Part shown: one piece after another, positions 1-13,523 of the stretch | Position numbering within the stretch: position 1 is the first letter of the stretch | Layout: each line of letters opens with the position of its first letter | Program-made: the position numbers and the translations under genes | Assembly: GCA_002189035.1 (NCBI GenBank) | Contig: NEEC01000012.1 | Location: 1,178,001 to 1,242,000, forward strand | DNA from: Utricularia gibba | Taxonomy: Eukaryota; Plantae; Magnoliophyta | Direction: 5' to 3' | DNA: 64,000 nt | The notes under the pieces: generated by a model | What the model was told of the DNA's origin: nothing | Seen by the model: the letters and a program-made list of their open reading frames with translations, nothing else | The model's database searches: none

Positions 1-699
1 CAGAAGCATAATATCGAGCCATGGCACACACAGCTGCTGAGGTGACATGGTTACAATTTGCCTGGAAAGATTTGAAGGTCAAGCTAAAGGGAACTCCCAC
101 TCTACACTGTGATAACATGAGTGCCTTGCATCTTACTGTAAACCCAGTCTTCCACTCTCGGAGTAAGCATGTTGAAATCGACTATCATTTTGTACGGGAG
201 AGAGTAGCATTGGGTTATTTGGTGACTAGGCACATTCCAACTCAGCACCAAGTTGCTGATTTATTTACAAAGAGAATCTCCTCACAACGGCTGATATTTC
301 TTAGAGGCAAACTTGGCCTCAACCCACGGCCTAGTTTGAGAGAGGGTATTGAAATAAATGATCAGCGAAGTGATAAGGAAGAATGAAGAGATAAGGCTGA
401 TTGGAGTAATAAGGAGGCTGACCATATTATGTTGGAATGTGCTAATCACCTAATGATTCATGCTATCCCTCCTATACACGATGAAGTTGAAAAATGCCAT
501 CTCTATCCAAGAAGATGAGGGTTACTTAATGCAAAGATCCCAACGGCACCAACAATTAGGAGATTATACTCAGTCTTCTCCAATATTTTAGGAAATAGTT
601 TAGGACCCTTAACTAACGTTAACCATCTTTTTCTATTTAAGTTGTATCATTGTATGCTCCTGGTGTGAAGAAATCAATTTGCTTCTTATCCGGTTTTCA
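1..699 (+). mobile_element. 3' end of a Ty1/Copia retrotransposon: RNase H C-terminus, PPT and 3' LTR (~350-699)
   Basis: ORF 21-386 has the Copia RNase H motifs CDNMSALHL, PVFHSRSKHVEIDYHFVRE and QVADLFTK. Purine tract GAGAGAGGG at ~338-346. LTR-like segment starts TG at ~350 and ends TTTTCA at 699. Confidence 0.85.
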
Positions 700-1855
700 T
701 CCATTGTCTTCCTATAAATCTCAATTCAGGTACATGTTAGACATCATCAAGTTTCAATTGGATCCAACTAGATCACCTATTCCAACAATATCTTGCTATG
801 GTTGAGTTTCCCATTCGAACGGGTTGCGTGAAAACTTGCTGCTGAGTCAATCATCCAATTTGAAAAGCTACCCTTGGTACATGTTTCCGCTACCATTAGT
901 GTTGGTAATTCTTCTTCATTTATGACTAAGGCTGAATTTCCAGGTTCAGTTTTCTGTTGATTTTTGGCTGCATCACTACCTTACACTATCCTAAGCCAAA
1001 ACTTACATTGTTTCTTGATGTGCCCAATCTTCTTGTAATAAAAACATATTCTAGTTTCCTTCTATCCACCTGAACAAGTACCTTTGTGATGTTCCTGAGC
1101 ATTATTTTTATCTTACCAAACTTTCTTATTTCCGTAATGTTCTTTATCACCTTTTTTTCTTATCTTTTTTATCAGTAACAAACAGAGTACCCTAAGTGTC
1201 TTGCCTAGATCATGTTCTTCTTAATTCTTCCTATAGTAGAGCATCTGAAACATAATCAAGTGTGAGATTTCTATGAGCTGAATGCGTAAGTGTGATCACC
1301 AAAACTTCTTAGTTAGTTGACAATTTTTGTAGTAACTTAATAGCTTTTATTTTATCATCTAGATTCATTCTTATAGCTGCCGTGTCACCTATTTTTTTCT
1401 TAAAACTTACTCAAGTGATCACTCATAGAATCTCTATCTTTATTTTTAAGGTCTATTAGCTTTTAATCCAATACTATTTTATTCATTGTACTTGATACAC
1501 GAAATGTATCTTCAATCTTTTTCCACAGCACCACTACATTATCATCTTCTTTAAACTTGTTGTGAAGTGAGTTCTCTATGGATAGTTGCATATATGCTGC
1601 TGCCTTGAGTTGCATATTGCTCCAAGTTTATGTATCAATCTTTTCTGGTGTTTTAACCCCAAGAACAATAGGGCTCCATAGATCTTTGCATATAAGAATA
1701 TCTTTCATCTTCGATCTCCATAGAGAATAATTTTGACCATTTAACTTGATCATTCCTATAGAATCTTCAATATTTTTGGATAAAAAAACACTGAAAAACC
1801 TCTACAATCTATTCCAAAAAAGTCCAATACGTATAACCAAGTTCTTATACCAATT
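700..1855 (-). mobile_element. Degenerate Ty1/Copia gag-protease fragment with PBS; its 5' LTR begins at 1856, distal end not defined
   Basis: Minus-strand translation gives MIKLNGQNYSLWRSKMKDILICKDLW (gag N-terminus) and WMIDSAASFHAT (Copia protease). Degenerate Met-tRNA PBS TGGTATAAGAAC at 1841-1852 on the minus strand, next to an LTR end ...CACA. Confidence 0.75.
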
Positions 1856-3049
1856 TGTGAGGATTATGACAATGGAATTCTGAGTAACAACAACTTATAC
1901 TCAACCTAAACAATCTAGAACCTGATCCCAACAATTAATAGCAAAGAAAGTTTTAGAAAAATGCAAAGAATACAAGATTTTAAGCATGGAAAATCTTGCG
2001 ATAAAAGACCACGGGTGCTCTACACACCAAGCATAAACCATCCACTAAATTACTAGTTTAAATGTACAGATGAAATATAGAACATATTTCGAAACAAGCT
2101 TACAGGCTTATGAACATCGGAATTAATTCCCCTCTCAAGGTTTACAGATCAATGTAACCCGAGGAAGATTTCCACAAAATGAGCAGAGCCTCAAAGAAGA
2201 AAAGCTCTTCATAGCCATCTTTACAAACAGTTTTTCGATTCTAGATCAACTATCATTGCAGCTCCTCCTTCTTTGTGTTGCTCTTTCTTTTTATGTTTGA
2301 TATTCTCAAGATAACTGCTTTGTTTTGTGCCAATAGCAGTTTAGCTAGATTTAATAGCTGACTTGGATGTGGCCTGTTTATAGTCAGCCTACAACTGGAA
2401 TGCTGATTCTGGCGCTGGTATGATATCCCATTTCCTTACTTCGGTTGGATGATGATAAACTAATTTTTTAAACTACGGATCAGCTTAAACATTGAAAATG
2501 TCTTTAAGATGTATGCAATCTTAGTCTTGGAGACTAACTCATATTCCCTTGGCGTAATGCCAAGGGCTCTCAAGAACGTATTCTTTATTCCTTGTTGGCC
2601 TTAGTAGTTATATTATATTTCACTTTAGGTGTTGATAGAGCAAAATATTAATGTAGCATTAATTACCATGGACACCCCTCCCACAAATGCCATCAAATTT
2701 CTAGATATTGATTTGTCATCATCAAAATGTTACATATACAATTTATTTTGTGGCACTTAACACATTGGTTGGTAACATAAAGAAAAACAAAGGGTTAATG
2801 CAGAAAATTTGCAATTTATTGTTCATTAGCTTTCATATAATAACTAATGTACTACATAGTGATATGATCCACATCATTTAATGAAAATTACACAAAACAA
2901 TCATTAAACTCAACAACCATTGTGATTTGTAGTAGTTACTAAGCAGGCTGTAACTTCATTGCATTACTCATATACTGGGCCAGCAACTTTACTAAATAAG
3001 AGGTGAAGTCTAGTAGGAGTCAAATAAATTAGCTTCTCGATCAGTTTCT

Positions 3050-4880
3050 GGTATGCGGTTGGATCTTTCAGTAGTGTAGAGTCTCATTGATGTAGTTGAT
3101 GTGTTCAGTCCAAAGGTGTTGCTGCAAGCTTTTATCCGAGTAATCTATGTTAGCTCAGTAGGTCAAGGACATATTTTCATTGATAGAGAGGTATACCTTG
3201 TTTAGAATGGGTAATTTCTGTTCTTAGAAAATATGCCAATCGACCAATATCCTTTAGCTTAGACACAATTGGAATATGGAGCGCAGTATTTACAACTCAT
3301 TTGTGAGAAGATATGGAAAGAATATTGCCGCTACCATCTTGCACTTGTGAAGTGGCACATATGTGCACTTATTAGATAAGGAAATTATTGATGAAAAGGG
3401 AGGAATCCATCAAAGTACATCATTTTCTCATGGGATTAGCAAATGCTTATGATACAATAAGAAACCAAATACTCTTATTGGAGCGTATGCCACCATTGAA
3501 AAGAGTTTATGGGATGGTCATGAAGGTGGAACAATAGAGGAAAGTTCAAATATCTGATGGTGATTGAGGAAATAACATAGCTCTATCTGTTATGGAAAAC
3601 ACAAAAAATAAACAAGGAGGCAAATAGAAAGCAACCTGAAAAGATGGAAGAGTTACAGAAAAATGGTGTGACACATGTCAAAATGTGGGGCACACAATTG
3701 ATAACTATTTCTAGAAACATGGATATCCAAATTGGTGGAAGCAAAAAGGGAAGAAGAATGCAAAAAATAAAGGTAAGAGTTTTGCAAATATGCCTCAAAT
3801 TAATGATCAAGAATCAGGTGCATGTTCCATGACTAGAGAGAGTTCAATACAAGCACTGCAACACGAGTTGAGACACTTGAAAATGCTCATTACTTCAAGG
3901 GGAACAAATCTGGATTTGCAACAAGAAGACTTTGTAGATAAGCCTTCATTACTTGCTTCTAATAGTGACTTTGGTACATGGATCGTAGATTTTGATGCTA
4001 GCAAATATATGTGCATGCATGCTCAACTATTTAGTGAAACAAAACCATTATCCTCCCCATATCATATTTGTTTTGTTGATGGATCCATTTTCCTTGCTAA
4101 TCATACTACAATTGTCAAATTGCTATTGGACATTATATTTTAGGACCTTAAAGCCTCCAAAATACTTGTTTTTGCTCTAGTTAAGAATGGTCTCTACCTA
4201 CTAGATGGAAACTCTTTTGATGTGTCCAAACATTCGGCTACTTTGTTTAAATATTATCAAGAGATACAAAATTGTATCCAAACCTAAAAACCAGTTTTGA
4301 ATAATTACAGTGTCATTCTTGCCATTTTGTAAAGCCAACAAGAATATCTTGTTCATAATTCTTTGGGTATCCGAAATGCCTATAGGAAAGAAAGCTATAG
4401 GCAGCAAGTGGCTGTACAATAATAAATTAAATCAAGATGGGAGTTTGAATAGGTGCAATGCAAGACTTGTTTCTCTCCAGTTGCCAAGATTGTCATTGTT
4501 CGATTGCTTTTAGCTTTAGAAGTGGCTAAAGGATAGAATATTTTTCAGTTGGATTTAATAACTGAAGTGGCTTTCATATTTGATTCAAGCTCTTGGTATT
4601 CACTTGATGACTTCTATATGAGTGTAATGTGATAATCAAGCAGTCATGCATATAGCTCGTAATTCAGTTTTCCACAAATGCATTAAACATATAGAGATTG
4701 ATTGTCATACTTTGAGGAATTTTGTTATGGATGGATTCATAGAACAACGTCATTCACGATCAAGTAAATAGCTAGCATACTTGTTCACAAAGGCATGACC
4801 AAAGCTTGCTTTTGATTCTTGTATGGTTAAGTTGGAAATTCCACTTCCCTCACATTCCCAACTTCAGTGTGGCTTGTTGA
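3050..4880 (+). mobile_element. Heavily deleted Ty1/Copia relic (gag, protease, RT start, RNase H end)
   Basis: HFLMGLANAYDTIRNQILLL (~3420-3480), WIVDFDASKYMC (~3980), GKKAIGSKWLYNNKLNQDGSLNRCNARLV (~4385-4470) and [26 protein letters not shown] (~4630-4710). Many stops and large deletions; boundaries approximate. Confidence 0.75.
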
Positions 4881-6897
4881 AAAGTGAGTTATGGGTTTCT
4901 TAGTTGTAGAAAGGAGACCAAGACATAGATAAGGAAAAGGCTCATTTCAGCAACTAGTATTTTTTTAATAGTTTATTTATTGTGTTTTGTTTATGTTATC
5001 TTTTGGTTTATGTATTTTTGGGAACATGGGATAAAGGCAAGGGATTGAATGAAAGAAAGGGCTTTTTGATTTTAGTGTAATTGTGATTTTTTATAGAGGC
5101 TCCTTGGCTTATAGTTGATTGAATTTGGGGTTTAGATTTTGGAAATGGGTGAGTATTTTAACCCATTATAGCATACAAAATTTTGATTCATTCTGATCCG
5201 CCACATCCCATGTGGAGAGTCTGCCACATTCTCCAGAACCACGATTCTTTTGATATGATTGACATACGGGAGGTGCATGGTATAATTTCACCATGTTTTA
5301 AACCATTGCTGATTGAATTATGATGAGTAATGTACACTTATTGCTTATTCTTTGTTCATGGGGTTCAGATTTATGGAAATGGGTGAAAATATTTCACTAT
5401 ATCGAATATTATTGAAGAAAAGCTACTCTTATCAATACTTCAAATCCTAAATCTAAACCCACGTTTTCTAAGGTTAAGTTTTTCTTGTTTTGCTATTGGT
5501 TTTGATTAAACTGTATATAGAGTTCTTGAGATGATTAGATGGATCAAATCCTAAAAAATGTTTTGAGAGATTGTGATGACAAAATGAATTTTACATATGA
5601 TTTGTGTGGTTGGAAGGATTAAGTTGTACATAGTAAAGTTCTTTGAGATGTTGTACATACTCAACATGGTTTTACTATTCAAGGTCGGTTCTTGTCACAC
5701 AATCATTAAGTTGCATTTTAGTAGGCACGTATTTCTAGTAATAGCTTTTCTGGTATCAATGCTGCTATTTTTTGTGTTTGGTTTTCAATGTTCTAGTGTA
5801 TGCACTTGTTTGAGTGATTTTGTGTATTTGATTTGTTCTTGTTTTTCTTTGAAAAATTACTTGATGTTTTCATGATATTAAATTTAGTTCAGGCTTATAA
5901 TTTGTGATAATTGTTATACAAACTATGAGGATTTGTTAACTCCTTATAAAGTAGTCCATTATCATCTAAAAAACTATGCCATAGAATGCAAAAGAGTGCA
6001 TAAAGTTATGAAAAGACTTGGACCTTAATTTCTCCTTAAATGCATCTGAAAATGTCCCAAAAATCTACAAAATGACTTTTTCTCCAAAAAGATCATATTA
6101 ATGTAAAATATGTACAAGTCAATTGAAAATAATGAGAAAGTAAAGTATTAGTTAGGTAAAAACAACATTCAAGAGTGATGAAAAAACATCTTTCAGAATA
6201 ACACAAAATCACTTATCGAGAATTAATTAATCCATAAAATACAAAACCGAAATATCAAAGAGATATTCAAAATGAGAACTAAGACACAAGATATTTCTTG
6301 TTGTGCATCAAAGCTCTCATGAAAAAAATGCAACTTTGAAGGGTTGCTCAAAATTATTTCTGTAACTGTCAATTTGCTAAATAGCATTCAATTGAAGTGG
6401 GATATTTCAAATGATAGGAATCACAAAATTTTCATATCCATCAAACTTCATGCTTCTGAAATTTGTACAATTGTTCCTCTCTCTAACTCAATCAATACCT
6501 CTTTGAAGTCAGAAATCTCCTTCCTCTTCCTAGAGTTAGATGCACCTTGTTAATCACCATCAACATTGTCTGCATGAGATTTATTGTATGTGAAGTGTGT
6601 ATTTGTATATATAAGAGATGGGTAGCCTTCATATGCCGGAGACTCATTTAGGGTGTGTTTGGTTAGAGATATTGCTAGGTATGGGATTTGATGATTATTA
6701 GGTATTTGAGAGCAATTGGTATGGGATGAAATATGTTAATGATGTGTTTGTTTAGAATAAAAAAGGATAGGATTTGTTTTTATTTTTTTTATTATTTTAT
6801 ATCAATTACATTTATACCCCTAAATAAAAAATAAAAAATTCTATTTAATAATGTGTATTCTTTATTTTGTGTCACTAGGGTTCTCCGGCTATAAAGA

Positions 6898-7376
6898 ATG
6901 GTGCGAAGTTCTTCAAATAATCGTCCAAGAACAGCTTTGATGGCAGATGAAGGTCGGTTTTGAGAGTTTCATTCTTGTTCTATGATTAGTATTGTATATA
7001 ACCCATGTTTTTAGTTGTTAGAAATGAAACAATTGATTGTTTATGAAAAAAGGCCAATTCTTTTGCGTTAACATTTGATTATTTCCATTGTTGTTGCGAA
7101 ATGACACAAGTGTTTTCATTGTTATGACAAGTGATTTTTGCTGTTGTTGTTCTTTTATTCATTTTAAAAATATGGAAGTTTGTGTAAATGGCAGCACCTT
7201 AATTTTAATCCTATTTACTAATGCATGACTATATTAATTTATGGTGTAGATGAGGATTATGGAAAAAGAGTTTGGATTTAGGAAGAAGATAACGCTGTTA
7301 TGTTATGTTATGTTATGAAGAAGACTTGAATGAAGAAGATCGTGAAGATTATCTGAAAAACATTGCTTTCTATTAG
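6898..7376 (+). pseudogene. Remnant of the PIF/Harbinger Myb/SANT ORF, internally deleted
   Basis: Putative exon 6898-6952 (MVRSSSNNRPRTALMADE) splices GT-AG to 7250, giving DEDYGKRVWI*EEDNAVML, which resembles the W(T)xEED start of a Myb/SANT domain. An acidic C-terminal piece (EDLNEEDREDYLKNIAFY*) follows a (GTTAT)n junction. Confidence 0.45.
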
Positions 7377-7447
7377 TTATGTTATGACTACTTTTTGTAC
7401 TAGACTGATTTTTTGTTTGAGGTTACTATTCCCCTTGTTCTAGTTAA

Positions 7448-7843
7448 CTGCAAAATATTGAACTGCACGACTGTCATGTTTCCATTTCTGTTATGATCCG
7501 TTGTGATTCAGAAAATTTGTTTAACATGACAATTGTAGCCCTTCGAGTGTAGTTTCCGTAGAATTTAAAAACACTCAAACTGGATCACTGCGTCAAAATG
7601 TGTGTTTAATTTACTATAAGTTTCCGTTTCACAGCATTGGCTGCAGAATATTGAACTGCACGACTGTCATGTTTCGTAGCATTTCTGTTATGATCCGTTG
7701 TGATTCAGAAAATGTGTTTAACATGGCAATTGTATCCCTTCAAGTGTAGTTTCTGTAGAATTTTAAAACACTCAATTTGGATCACCACGTCATAATTTGT
7801 GTTTAATTTCCTATAAGTTGTCGTTTGACAGCATTGGCTGCAG
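7448..7843. repeat. Two-copy ~195 bp tandem duplication between the PIF ORFs
   Basis: Unit starting CTGCA(A/G)AATATTGAACTGCACGACTGTCATG recurs at 7448 and 7641; CTGCAG again at 7838. Roughly 90% identical by eye. Confidence 0.9.
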
Positions 7844-7920
7844 ACAATATAAAGTTAAAAAATTCTACATAAGATAACAAATTCATAACTTAAAACAATA
7901 TAGAGGTTCAACACTTGTAA

Positions 7921-9376
7921 CTAGGCATTCAACCATTCTTCATACATTGTAGTAGCAAGATCATCACGTAAACCATTCCAAGCAGGGGTAGATTCAACCG
8001 TATCAATGTAATCTTGAGCTTCTTCATTTACCTCTTGATAATCTTCCAGGACTTCGACTTCTATTGGATCGTGCTCCATTTCTTGACGTATGAAATTATG
8101 GAGTAGCACATGCGATGATCATTCTCGTTTGTGTCTGGATGGCATAGAAGGATGGACTCCGTAGAATACCCCATCGTTTTTTCATTATCCTCCATGCTCT
8201 CTCAATTACGTTTCTTGCCTTCGCATGTCGCATATTTTAATATTCCTTTTCATTTTGTGGTACTTCCATTCCAGACCCCCATTCCTTTAGATGGTAGCGT
8301 ACATCACGATACGGGGTTAGAAAGCCCTCACAATTAGTATATCCACAATCATCTAAATAGTAATAACCTACAAAAATAATCAACTTAGATAGTCACTCAA
8401 ATTATCACATTTTTTCAAAAATTGCAGCTTGTTTTATGTAAAATGACTGATGTTCATCATGTAATCTGAAATTTAATCAAGTTAACAACAAAAAGAATAA
8501 CTTGATCACATAAAAATTCATAACTTAAAAGAAAAACAAAGACAATCAACCCGTAAATAGAATCTATAAGGTCATATACACCATGCATCAAAAGCAACAA
8601 CATAAAAAAATGATATGTACTCAAAATACTCATAAAAATAATCACATTACCTGTGTGAACACGAAAACCTGGATTCCGAGTAAGTGCATGACGTAGAACA
8701 CACCCATCCGCAGCCGAACCTTCCCAACCGACAAGTATATATATAAAGTTCATTTTCTCGTTGCAAACTCTTAGAACGTTAGTTGATATTCCACCTTTAT
8801 AACTTCTATGACGCCTTTTTTCAGACTCTTTAACCGTAACATCTACAAATGTTCCATCTAAAGCCCCCAAACAATTTTTAAAATATTTAAAAGGAGTTTC
8901 GCCAATTATAGGTTCCGGTTTCACTAACAAAATATCATGTAATCTCAAAATACACTGAAGTACGGACTTAACATGCTAATAGTCTCAGTAGACCTTTTAA
9001 AGTCGAACTTAAGAACTCTCATTTTCTTGTGATGACTTAGGACACTAAGAAAAAGGGCTACTTTTTCAGATAATGTAACATATTTCGATGATTTCAATCC
9101 ACCAAGAATAGATAATAAAACACATAGATGCTTGAAAATATCTTCGTTGATCCTAAGATTTTCAAGAGAAGCACCTCGACGATCATTAAATAAATCTCTT
9201 AAATATGTAATTTGTCTAGGAATTCTTTCTTTCATATAATAGGTGATTCGGGCTCTAGAATTTTGACGTAGCTTACTAACCCAAAACCAGAAAAATGCAT
9301 ACTCCATTTTTAACAAATTATTTGAATGAAACTTCAACATGAGCATTAAAAATTCAGTGAAAACATTTGGATTCAT
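7921..9376 (-). pseudogene. PIF/Harbinger DDE transposase, frameshifted
   Basis: Segments 9376-8945 (EKVALFLSVLSHHKK), 8948-~8650 (FKNCLGALDGTFV...YILVGWEGSAAD), an intron, then YYYLDDCGYTNCEGFLTPYRDVRYHL, HAKARNVIERAWRIMKKRWGIL and LHNFIRQE. At least three frameshifts or stops. Confidence 0.9.
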
Positions 9377-10271
9377 GGATATTATAATTAATCAAACCCT
9401 GTGACAAAAAAATACTTCCAATTATCAAATTTAGGCACTAACTTGAAAACATGAAAACAATATCGAATTTAACAGATGCTAATTTCATTGAACATTGAAT
9501 TCTAACATAAAACATTGTGCGAATCTAGGGATATTGGGCGAATTTAACCAAATTCTAAAAAAATAAACAACAAACCTGAGAGGAAATAAGGTAGAAAGAT
9601 CGCACGCAACTTTTCCCCAAAAGCCCAGCGAGAATCGATGATTCAATTGGCCAACTCGGAAATCTAGGTTTTTTTGGGATGCTTCAATTGGCCAGCAAGA
9701 AACGACGCTTCAAGTGTGAGAAGAAGGTATGTTTTATTTCAGTTTTTTTAATTAAATAGAAATTATAAAAATAAGGGCAAAATTGTAGATACATTATAAG
9801 GTATTAGAAAGTCCGAGCGGTTCAAGCCTCCACACCCAAATCCTATATTTGAGGTATATTGAAGTGCTTTTTTAAAAACCCATAGGATAAGCATAATTCA
9901 TACTAAACACAGGATTTGCGGTCCAATCCTTCCAAAATAACCCTAATACCTCATACCAAACACACTCTTAAGGTATGATTGTTGGGTTGACTTCCATCAC
10001 TGAATGCATGTTTATCTAATTCGAATAACATTGTTGCATCATCAATTCGTAAGTTGTTGTTTTCAATCTGCCTTTATTCATATTCTACATCATACAAAGA
10101 TGTGGCATACTTTCATGTAGCCCTATTATTCCCATAAGTTTTCACCCAATCAATGTTTTAGAATATTGTACTCTCTTTAATTATGCTTCTCCAACATAAA
10201 CTATGCAAAGATGGTTAAATATTGAATAAAAAAACATTTTCAAATGTGTTAACTTAAATACAATATTTTTA

Positions 10272-10804
10272 TGCGATACTTAAAATAAGAAGTCTTTGGC
10301 GAATTAGATCTTGGTTTTCAATAAGGAATCCTTCTAGAAAAAGATAAGGTTGGAGCGTAAGGAATAATATACTCCTAAAGCAAACTATAGAAATACTGCC
10401 ACACTCACAAAATAAGAAAGAATATAAGAGCGATGAATCACAATACGCACAAAAAATAAAACTTGATAAGTCGAAAATTTTACAAAAATAAAAAATTTGC
10501 ACATTACTCGTAAAACACATTACAATCATAATTGTTTCTAAACAAGGGTTAGGTCCTCTTTATATAGATATAGAAATTGGTCAATTCAAAATAAAAGTAA
10601 TAATATATTGAACTAAGAGGATAACACAAATATAATTAAATTAGGATTACTAATTCAAAACTACATCAGTTTTAAAATTTATTACAAAACTACCCACATT
10701 CTTATTTTCACTATTATCACAACCTACTTCTAGGGTTCAAAAAAGATAAGTCGTGACCAGCCAGTTCTAACTAAAATCTAGAACTCATGGTGTTTTTCAT
10801 AACA
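10272..10804 (-). mobile_element. Possible old solo LTR, distantly related to the 38155/41515 LTR family
   Basis: TG...CA ends and a TATA-like TTTATATAG. The stretch AGATCTTGGTTTTCAATAAGGAATCC resembles AGATCTTGGTTGAAAAGAAACAATCC at ~38190. No matching TSD found. Confidence 0.35.
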
Positions 10805-12480
10805 CAATTCATAGACATCAAAATGGTTAAATGTGTAAGTAAACTAGACATAAGAATTTGTCCAAGTGTTTTTTTCTGGTGTAGTTAATAAGTTCATAAT
10901 TAAATAGATTTAAAATATAATATATATTGTATATGTATATACCATACTCATCCAAAACTAGCAAAACTTTGTTGATCATTAGATCTTTACTGTCTCTCTT
11001 CATCCTCTAAAATAAACAAAAGAGTTGTCATGTTTTTGAGTTTTAAAACAAGTCAAAATCAAAAAATATAGAAAGGAAGAACACACAGAGTTAGTTATAA
11101 AAGAAACTTGAATGACATTATAAGTCCTCATAACTATCTTTTCCCACGATGGTCGTCCAACCTTGGCATTGTTACTAAAACATGATAGGTGAGACATAAA
11201 GTACCCTTGCTCATGGTTTTACGATCAGAGGAGCCACCTTCAACCGCAAAAACACAAACTCAGGGCATACATAATATATCATATCTTTCCTACTTTATTT
11301 TCATACTTTTTGACCTTCCACTTATACATGATACCTCAAACATACTTGGCAAATCAGCTGTAGTGCCCATGGTATAATAACATTGCTAGATATATCCATC
11401 CATATTTTCATCATTATTTGCTAACATGTTTATCATATAATACATAGAGATATATAATATACAAACTACAACAAAGACATAGCATCTTAAAAGTGACAAT
11501 GGTGGCTATCCTTAGTAAAGAAAATCATACTTTTGGAACTCGAAAATAGTTTTTCCAAATAACACTAAATAACTTACTTGTAAAAATTTTTATTCAACGT
11601 AAAAAGTTATAGGAAGTAGCCACTTTCAAAATCCCAAAAAGAAATAGAAATAGAACACTAATATCACATAGACACATAAGTTTGCAAGAATCACTTTAGA
11701 AGACAAGCAAGGGTTCAAAACCAACCATCTCACTTACCTTAAAACCATAGATTTCCAAACCAACTTTAACTATTCATTCACTTTAGTTATTATAACCTTT
11801 CTTTTCAATCTCTCCTCCTCACCTTCGGAAAACTCGGAAATAAGTGAAAGAATATTAAATTTCATCATATATATCCTCTTCTATACCTTATCCTTATTTT
11901 GTGTGTAACAACATGCATCACACATGCAAGATGAACATGTGGTGTGATAAGTGATCTTTTTGGAGGGAAAGTGTGTTTTATGATTTTTCAGGACGAATTT
12001 GGAATAATTTGGAGGATTTTCGAGCTACTTTGATGGAGGCTAAGATTTGGTCTATCCGGAGGTGAAGACTCGGTCGAAGATTCTCGGATAAGATAAGATT
12101 CGCATATTATCTCGAAAAACTTGAATCTCATCCAAAAGGATTTGTATCAAATCTTCAAAGATTTGGATAGAAGATTTGATGCGAGCCCATCAAGAAAGCC
12201 TGACAAATCCACACCATTATATAAAGATCCAAACGCAAAGACCTAAGGGAGTCGAAGTGGTGGACGACCAGAGAGTCAATCTAGGGTTTAGAGTCGAGTC
12301 TAGCATGTTTTGGATTCCTTTCCTTTCGTTTTTCATCAACTTTTGTTGTTTAGAGTCAAGTATGCGCGTGTGAGCGTTTGCGGCTGAGGATCTGCTGTGA
12401 AGCCTTGCTTGCGCAAGTTCTGCGCGTGTGACTGTTTTACTATGTTTTCCAGCGCTTAATTTGAGGTCTGATTCTGTTTT

Positions 12481-13523
12481 ACTATGGTATCCACACGTGG
12501 AGCACTCCGTCGATAACCTTCTCAAGGCTCTTGAATGCTGGTCGAATTCCTAAGATGCTAGTAGATAAAAACGCCCCCTTGTAAATTAGTCTCAGAGACC
12601 ACGAAGACCCTTGGAGCATGTCGCAAGATCTAAATCTTTTGATAGATATATGGTAACATATCAAATCATATCTCCGTAAAAATCTTATGTTGTGGAGATA
12701 TGTATATGTTCCAAATCTTATCTATATATGATCTTTTGATAGATATATGGTAACAGCTTTCATCATACTTATATCTCATTTGATACTAGAACCTGGGTGT
12801 GTTTCTTTCTGATGTATCGAACTTATAATTGCATTCAAACACTAACACTCAATGACCTACTCAAACATTTCGAGTGTCATTACCCTGGGCCCAATACTTA
12901 CTGTTAGGCTTTGATGCAATTACTTGAAATATGATCTCATCGCTAAAATGAGTGATGAATCCTTTATTGATCAATCAACTATCTCCAACCTTAAGGAGTC
13001 ACATCCCTACTCATCCATACTAGGCAAGCCATGGTTAGGCTCCCATTAGTAATGAGCGAAAATGTGAGCTTAAGATCAAAATAACTTTGTTGATCTCAAG
13101 TCTAAGTTTAATTGCACGGTTGTCATATTCGAGATCTTGCTATTGACACTTGGTTAGTTTCCCATAGTAGCATCTCGAAGATGAGTCATCCAGTAAATCG
13201 ATTCTCTAATCGACACCCACACATAGGTTCTAGTAATTTCATTACATCAATTGTGAGAAATATTGCCTAAACAATTTAGGGAACTCAATGTGTGCCAGCT
13301 TATCCGTATTTGTGATATCCTCATTTCATAGACACTCTAGCCAGGGAGTTTTTAACTTGAGCATGAGTAAGAATCTCACATTATGATCTCATCATAATTT
13401 CTATAGCACATAGATCAAGTAGAGAATTTTATCATTGATATAAATTTGATCAAAATTCAAAGTAAATATCATAAGATAAGATCTGTCAATGAGTTGATTG
13501 TTTCTAGAACACATACACTAACA
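12481..13523 (-). mobile_element. Angela-like Copia LTR, 3'-truncated, inserted in the Athila PBS
   Basis: Minus strand starts TGTTAGTGTATGTGTTCTAGAAAC at 13523. Homologous in inverted orientation to 26390-27390. The Angela assignment is from recalled LTR motifs. Confidence 0.7.

Larger units (their letters stand above)
6651..9967. mobile_element. PIF/Harbinger DNA transposon, complete ends, coding regions disrupted
   Basis: TIRs GGGTGTGTTTGGT (6651) and the reverse complement of GAGTGTGTTTGGT (ending 9967). TTA target-site duplication at 6648-6650 and 9968-9970. Contains a DDE transposase and a Myb/SANT remnant in convergent orientation. Confidence 0.92.

Noticed and set aside
12176-12525. 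ORFs recurring at 12176/19869/45795 and 12217/19910/45568 that look like a conserved small protein family
   Set aside because: They are the same Athila LTR sequence in three copies. Conservation is at the DNA level, and I recognise no protein motif.
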